Positions 59,801-64,000 of a stretch of 64,000 nt of DNA are shown here, piece after piece. This stretch comes from Spirochaetia bacterium (lineage in GTDB: Bacteria > Spirochaetota > Spirochaetia > SP-2023). The DNA lies in contig OZ253665.1 of NCBI GenBank assembly GCA_965263295.1, positions 1,120,001-1,184,000 on the forward strand, in the 5' to 3' direction. The notes under the pieces are model-generated. The model was not told the origin of the DNA. It saw only the letters and a program-made list of their open reading frames with translations, and made no database searches. The position numbers and the translations under genes are program-made. Each line of letters opens with the position of its first letter. The stretch's first letter is position 1.

Positions 59801-61105
59801 CAGCTCCTGGTCCGGACTGGCAGCTCCGCTCAGGCGCATCGACTGGTAGACAAAACTACGCCCAGAAAGTGGATCGCGTATAGCGCCCCCCAAACACGTA
59901 GCAGCGCCACCGTAAGGTTCTATTTCTGTCGGGTGATTGTGAGTTTCGTTCTTAAACATCAGCAGGCGGCGGTGTTTTTGCCCCACGGCATCTTCTACGT
60001 CGACAAAGATCGAGCAGGCATTCACTTCGGCACTAATTTCTACCGCGTCCATATAAGCCGATTTACCGCTCGCCTGCAGTTTCTTTCTGATGGCTTGAGC
60101 ACCTAAAACAGCGATGTCCATCAAGCATTCCGTCTTGTGACTGATTCCGCATTGCTGGCGCAGCTCGCGATACAACTGGAATGCCTGTCGCAGCTCTAGG
60201 GGAGCGGTGGCCAGCGATGCCTTCTGCCACTGGAGCTCTGTGTTAAAGGTGGTATGGCGGCAATGGTCCGACCAGTAGGCTTCGAGGACTCGCAATTCAG
60301 TCAGGCTAGGTTCGCGCGGATTCTCTAGAGTGCGAAGTCCGGGTAGTTCTCCCCCTCCATAATAAGCATGAATATAGGCGAGACTGGCATCGTCAAAACG
60401 CAGCCCAATTCTGTCGGCCCAAGCGCGGAGCTGACTGGCTTCGGGCCGCAGAGACAGCAAGGAGGGCAAGATAGGCCCTTGTGCCGTCTCTTTTGCCAAG
60501 CTTGTTGCTCCTGCCTGGCTGCGGGCACTGTAGGAAAACTGAGCTAAATTTTTGACTTGCCGCTCTAAGGGTGCCCATAAATAACGGTGGGCAGAATTTA
60601 GACTCTGGGGTTGCAGACGACCCGCCCGACCTCGTAACCAGTACAGCCAGAAACAGCGGACGCTCCGCAGCTGCATCTTGGTTTGCGCCGGCAACCTCTG
60701 GGCCCATAGACTCCAGCAATCCCAAACGGCTTGCGCACGGGGGTCAAATTGGACGGCCAGGCTTTCATAACAAAGGAAATCAAAATCCCCCGGTGGGCAG
60801 CCCGTAGTTGTATTTTGCTCAACCCATTCTTGCCAGGAATTTTGCTCCGTCGAGGCGTCACTGAATTTTTGAATAAGATGCACTTCACTTACGGGATCAG
60901 CGAGGTGCAATGTGCAAAACTCTGCCAGCAAATGATCAAGTTCCGGACCCGCTATCTGCGAATTTAGGCTCAGGTCATAGCCCTGGATTTCATCTAGCGC
61001 GATCAGCTCGTTCAAGCCTACATAACTTTTCAAATCATGTAGTCGACTACTTGCCTGGCCATTATCAGGATTGTAGACGAAAACACGGAAATTCTGCTGG
61101 AACAT
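56864..61105 (-). CDS. purL: Phosphoribosylformylglycinamidine synthase, single-chain clostridial/streptococcal type
   Basis: WSDHCRH, FKNETHNHPTEIEPYGGAATC, CNDFGAGG, SESQERM, IGGKDSMSG; glutaminase GGFSAGDEPDGS, GICNGFQ, HSER. Confidence 0.96.
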   Translation of the reverse strand: MFQQNFRVFVYNPDNGQASSRLHDLKSYVGLNELIALDEIQGYDLSLNSQIAGPELDHLLAEFCTLHLADPVSEVHLIQKFSDASTEQNSWQEWVEQNTTTGCPPGDFDFLCYESLAVQFDPRAQAVWDCWSLWAQRLPAQTKMQLRSVRCFWLYWLRGRAGRLQPQSLNSAHRYLWAPLERQVKNLAQFSYSARSQAGATSLAKETAQGPILPSLLSLRPEASQLRAWADRIGLRFDDASLAYIHAYYGGGELPGLRTLENPREPSLTELRVLEAYWSDHCRHTTFNTELQWQKASLATAPLELRQAFQLYRELRQQCGISHKTECLMDIAVLGAQAIRKKLQASGKSAYMDAVEISAEVNACSIFVDVEDAVGQKHRRLLMFKNETHNHPTEIEPYGGAATCLGGAIRDPLSGRSFVYQSMRLSGAASPDQELNQARPGKLPQRKIAAEAARGFSDYGNCIGLANNLVREIYHPGFEAKRFECGVAVGVADPRQVRRLEPRPGDLVLLLGGPTGRDGIGGASGSSAAHDSLTVAGSSAEVQRGNPIEERKLQRFFRRQDVGNLIKRCNDFGAGGLAVAVGEIAESLEIELSAMPTKYGGLMPAELAVSESQERMAVVIDASRWEEFRQKAESEGISVVQLGQVQGGGKNGVKGGKEGEQGGGRARLRLLYHTEEVAKLQRDFLESAGFARSAKVCFDNSYLRPYQPSILAADLIRDIDPQQVQGQRWAQDRERALCQILAQPQVASQRGLQNMFDSSVGASTVFQPYPYAPQAAEAAAAVTHGRSEVSAQTIPLHYWSQARKLQTNDDDYRHTESRSVSLLSFAYDAHLSCHNSFLGAQVAIVQSVGKLLAAGAERGDSYLSLQEYFPRLESAELWGQASAALLGALQAQHKLGLAAIGGKDSMSGNFEELQVPPVLCSFSVSTAPCSALRAANWQAGARHLYLLGQPADNLPLLQNPDYERIAEYWSYLEILKQHSDIQVAARLIGIEGIAAAMALFAFGSTPKRIILKIWETNYWQPYAADPSFSAVLLASSQPLPDCPWLRDLGHLEDCRLGDEAIFFAGGRLALDARSPAYRAWCRYENEVGYYPLEADAPKQLRPEEGDDKQGKRCGKLQQELLAQARSRPAPAPSIYARGKRRKIRLVVPVFPGSNSEDDMQQAFACAAAQLRRGGKWLQLEQCSPIINLLSAKHLQESLAQLSRELEGAQILALPGGFSAGDEPDGSAKFIASVLREPQIARAIDQLLCDEGLILGICNGFQALIKSGLLPYGREWCQGAAYGREGLNIMRNRQGRHIADLELCRVCPTPSPWLSHMSGKDFLLPISHGEGRLQLPEALLQQLLSKRQVAAVYHRDVNGSFAGIEALCSADGRILGKMAHSERQGPMLYRNMPHDRAQFSLNQDIFRNGLEYFL

Positions 61106-61463
61106 GGGCGATGATTTCCTTCCTTAATTAAACGTAGTCAATTCACCTTTCGTTGAGCGAAGATTTTTTTCAGGAGCAAAAATGCGGGTATTGAATTGTT
61201 CTAATCCAATGTTGGCATTGACTTTGGCGGCAATTCTACCGGCACCTGCCCTAAATCGCAAGACTTGCACTCCCCAAAGCATCTTAGCCGGTACATTCGC
61301 TTGTACCGTGGCGATCCTCTATATAATAATGTAAGGATAATGTAAGGATCGGCTCTAAGGGCAGTCGCCGTGTTCTGAGTTTGCCGCATCCTTTGAGATT
61401 GTCCGGCTGCTTGAAGCTGAATTTGACAAAGTTAAAAAGGCCAGTAAAAGCACATAAGGCCAT

Positions 61464-61491
61464 TTGCAAAATGGCACAAATATCATAAAAT
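61464..61491 (+). promoter_or_regulatory. Sigma70-like promoter with palindrome over the -35 box
   Basis: TTGCAA-16 nt-TAAAAT; GCCATTT-gca-AAATGGC at 61459-61475. Confidence 0.45.
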
Positions 61492-61538
61492 AAGCCATTG
61501 CATTATAGCAACCCTGTAATTTTCTAGAAATAGATACT

Positions 61539-63017
61539 GTGCAGCAGTCTGATATGAACGCCTATTTCGCCGCCTCTTACTTTTCCCCTTGTTCCTCACT
61601 TTTGTTTTTGTTTGGCTTGCTTCTGTATCTCTTGCGTCTTTTGCTTTGCCGCCATTGCCTAAAGCCCGTCACATTCGGCCTGCTCACAGCCTGGCTTGTC
61701 GCAATTGGCTCAAGTAATTTGAAAGCCCAGGATTACCCGCAAGGCAGTGAACCGATACAAGGGGAGCTTCAACGTGACATTGCGCCGGGCACCAGCGGCA
61801 ACGCCCCTTACAGTGGGCAACTACAGGTATATCAAATTTTACGCATCCAAATGGGGCAGGCCCAGATCTATCAAGCCATTGAATTGGAACTTAGCCCCTG
61901 GGACAAAACTTGGGACAAAACTAAGGACAGCACTGCGAGCACGGCTAGCGACTACGATAATGGGCAAAATGGGCAACCGGTAAGCCTTCTCGTTTACAAC
62001 CAGTTGAGTCCTTTCAACTCTGAGCCGGCGCACGACGACACTGAGCAAGACGACACGCCGAAATATCAAGGCCGGCGCTTACTCACGCGCGGGATTGAGG
62101 GTAAAACTCTACTAAGATTTACTTTGAGCGATGAGATTAGCGGCTACAATCCCTCTCAACAGCCCAAACTAGTGCCTAAGCAACAACAAGCCAGTCAAAA
62201 TATCTCATTAGAAGTGAAGCAATTTCCAATTTACATTGTGCTCTACCCATTTCAGACAGTAGAACCAGCTCAGGCTGTCGAGACTTCTGGAACTCCCGGC
62301 CAGCTCGGTCTCCCCAGCTACCAATACAGCTTGCGTTACCTGCGCAAAAAATTTGGCTTAATCCGCATACGCCTGCTACCGCCCAAGACGTCAACAGACG
62401 CAGAGCAAAACTCCACAACAAACTACTTAGACGATTCGGAGTTATACTTGAGCCTGCAAATTGACGAACAAAACCACGATTGGATATTTGACCCCGACTA
62501 TGTTGAAACCAGTACTGATGCCCCCTACGATCCAGGCTCAGGCCACACTCATGCGGCGGACAACTTGAGTTCGTCGCGGGCGCGTTACAGCCAGCCCTAC
62601 CGCCTTGGACTTGGGCGCCACAGCATTCAAGTCAGTAGCCAGAAGTACTATACTCGAGCCCAATTTCAACTTGAAGCCGGCGAAACAAAAATTCTGGAAT
62701 TGCAATTGCAGGAACGATTGAGTCAACTGCGCCTGGTCTTACCCAAGAATTCAGTTGTACTGCTCGACGGCATTCCATTGCAAAGCCGACAGCGTTCGAC
62801 TCCCAGCTGGCAGGATGTGGAGATTCGTGAATTGGAAAGCTACCTCTATGAACAAACCCGCCTGCAATACCTCCTGAGTGTCCCTGCCGGCAAACATCAT
62901 CTATTGATTCAGTACGAAGGCGAGACCTGGCAGCGCCAAATTTTTTTTCAAGAAGGCGTTGAACAGTATTTTCAACTTAATTGGGAATTGAGTAGCCAGA
63001 TCAACCCGCAAAACTGA
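61539..63017 (+). CDS. Exported protein with C-terminal PEGA-like beta-sandwich repeats
   Basis: Hydrophobic N-terminus; LGLGRHSIQV, VVLLDG, VPAGKHHLLI patterns. Confidence 0.6.
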   Translation: MQQSDMNAYFAASYFSPCSSLLFLFGLLLYLLRLLLCRHCLKPVTFGLLTAWLVAIGSSNLKAQDYPQGSEPIQGELQRDIAPGTSGNAPYSGQLQVYQILRIQMGQAQIYQAIELELSPWDKTWDKTKDSTASTASDYDNGQNGQPVSLLVYNQLSPFNSEPAHDDTEQDDTPKYQGRRLLTRGIEGKTLLRFTLSDEISGYNPSQQPKLVPKQQQASQNISLEVKQFPIYIVLYPFQTVEPAQAVETSGTPGQLGLPSYQYSLRYLRKKFGLIRIRLLPPKTSTDAEQNSTTNYLDDSELYLSLQIDEQNHDWIFDPDYVETSTDAPYDPGSGHTHAADNLSSSRARYSQPYRLGLGRHSIQVSSQKYYTRAQFQLEAGETKILELQLQERLSQLRLVLPKNSVVLLDGIPLQSRQRSTPSWQDVEIRELESYLYEQTRLQYLLSVPAGKHHLLIQYEGETWQRQIFFQEGVEQYFQLNWELSSQINPQN

Positions 63018-63054
63018 ATTCAGGAATGCCACCGTTAAATCCAGATATTCACAA

Positions 63055-63261
63055 TCAAACAGCAATTTCTTTCTGGCGCCGTTTGCCAAAGACATAATAT
63101 TACTTGCAAAAAAGTTGACCGCCATGCCAGCGAGAACGCCGCACAGTTGCGCCACAGTCTGATTTGTCAGAATATCCCAATACAATATGAAGTTTAAAGT
63201 GAATAAGTTTATACCCAGGCCAAAATCAGAAACTCGGCGATACCAAGTGATAAAACAGTTT
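63055..63261 (-). pseudogene. GtrA family remnant (C-terminal half, frameshifted)
   Basis: FGLGINL...AQLCGVLAGMAVNFFAS; adding 1 nt near 63100 gives (K)YYVFGKRRQKEIAV*; no start or N-terminal half. Confidence 0.65.
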
Positions 63262-64000
63262 CTAACTCGCCAGTTGTCGCTGAAAGAGGCCCATAATTTG
63301 CTGGGCCGCAACGCGGCCTGCATTGTCAAAATGGAAAATATGCTTGTCGATGAGCTGGCGTGACAGCTGTTTTTGCATTACTTGCGGCAACAATTCACCC
63401 AGACAAGACAGCTGCTCAAGTGGCAAATATGCACCGACATCTTCCAACAATTCAAATACCGAATCCGGCGCTTCGACATCACTAGCCTCATAGCCCATTA
63501 TCTCTACCTGATCGTGAAACAACGCCAGCACCGGTTTCTGATAAACAAATGCAAAGTCATAAATAATACCTGAGACGTCGCATACCAAAACGTCAGCTCG
63601 TTGCAACACGGGGCGGTTATCCACCGCACAATCTATTTCAATGTGCTCCCCATATTGTTTTTGCACGCGCTCAAGCTTCTCCTTGTCGGACTTCCATGCC
63701 TGTGGGTGAGGTCGGAAGATCACGCGAAAAGGGAGGGATAACAACTGCTCCAAAATCAGATCAATCTGATTCAAGAAGCTGCGTGCCCCCCAAGAGGAAG
63801 CCAACAACAAACAGGGCTCTTCCGCTTTACTGACGGCCTTCGCCCAAGTTTGGGCTGCCAGGACCTTGTTTTCCGCCGCAGGCGAATCGGCAAAATATTG
63901 TTGGTAATATGGGCAACCTGTGGCAAACAATTTACGTTCGCGCAACAGACCTTTTTTTCGCATATATTCAGTTTGTCGTTTTTGCTCTAAAAGTTTTAAA
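63262..64000 (-). CDS. CDP-glycerol glycerophosphotransferase (TagB/TagF) family protein, 5' end outside window
   Basis: Frame is open to the window edge; TGCPYY, LLASSWG, FRPHPQ, ADVLVCDVSGIIYDFAF..KPV. Confidence 0.85.
   Translation of the reverse strand, partial: LKLLEQKRQTEYMRKKGLLRERKLFATGCPYYQQYFADSPAAENKVLAAQTWAKAVSKAEEPCLLLASSWGARSFLNQIDLILEQLLSLPFRVIFRPHPQAWKSDKEKLERVQKQYGEHIEIDCAVDNRPVLQRADVLVCDVSGIIYDFAFVYQKPVLALFHDQVEIMGYEASDVEAPDSVFELLEDVGAYLPLEQLSCLGELLPQVMQKQLSRQLIDKHIFHFDNAGRVAAQQIMGLFQRQLAS

Noticed and set aside
61211..61345. VGIDFGGNSTG resembling a RuvC-I/Cas9/YqgF motif
   Set aside because: The frame is short, is preceded by a stop, lacks a start, and has no further nuclease motifs.
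62901..63329. 142-aa ORF as an intact gene
   Set aside because: It overlaps both neighbours; only the middle part is GtrA-like, so it is treated as a remnant.
1..64000. Numerous 60-240 aa antisense/alternate-frame ORFs; rRNA, tRNA, IS or integrase genes
   Set aside because: The short ORFs lie within well-supported genes and show no motifs. No structural RNA or mobile-element signatures were recognised by eye.

Overview
Chromosomal window from a bacterium, most likely a spirochaete. This is inferred from a spirochaete-type SecA insert, a spirochaete-type PcnB N-terminus, a DUF2259-like protein, FapA and a bat operon. The window is mostly housekeeping. In order: the end of fapA; an SMP-30 lactonase; a complete moxR-DUF58-batA-batB-batC-batD operon; leuS; a minus-strand run of DHH phosphoesterase, nqrF-like reductase, nifU-like domain, DUF2259-like protein, rseC-like gene and hydE; a membrane-fused spermidine synthase; secA; djlA; two class I aminotransferases; a MATE pump; an Nnr with archaeal-looking motifs; an AT-richer transport/osmostress patch (OpuAC-like lipoprotein plus a decayed tandem copy, possible EamA remnant, K+ channel, SIMPL, Blc, NhaC); an FGGY kinase; MBOAT plus GT2; a clostridial-style purECFMND operon lacking purH/purK; pcnB-mnmA-trmL-adk; a large fused PurL; a PEGA-like protein; a frameshifted GtrA remnant; and a truncated TagF-like gene. 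I found no rRNA, tRNA, CRISPR array, transposase or defence system. The most unusual directly visible signals are short tandem duplications sitting on start/stop codons (three with a 14-nt period, including a 5-copy array on the purF stop), several apparently leaderless genes, two unannotated pseudogenes, and motif-level deviations in PurE and the GT2. Family assignments come from motif recognition only; no database search was run.
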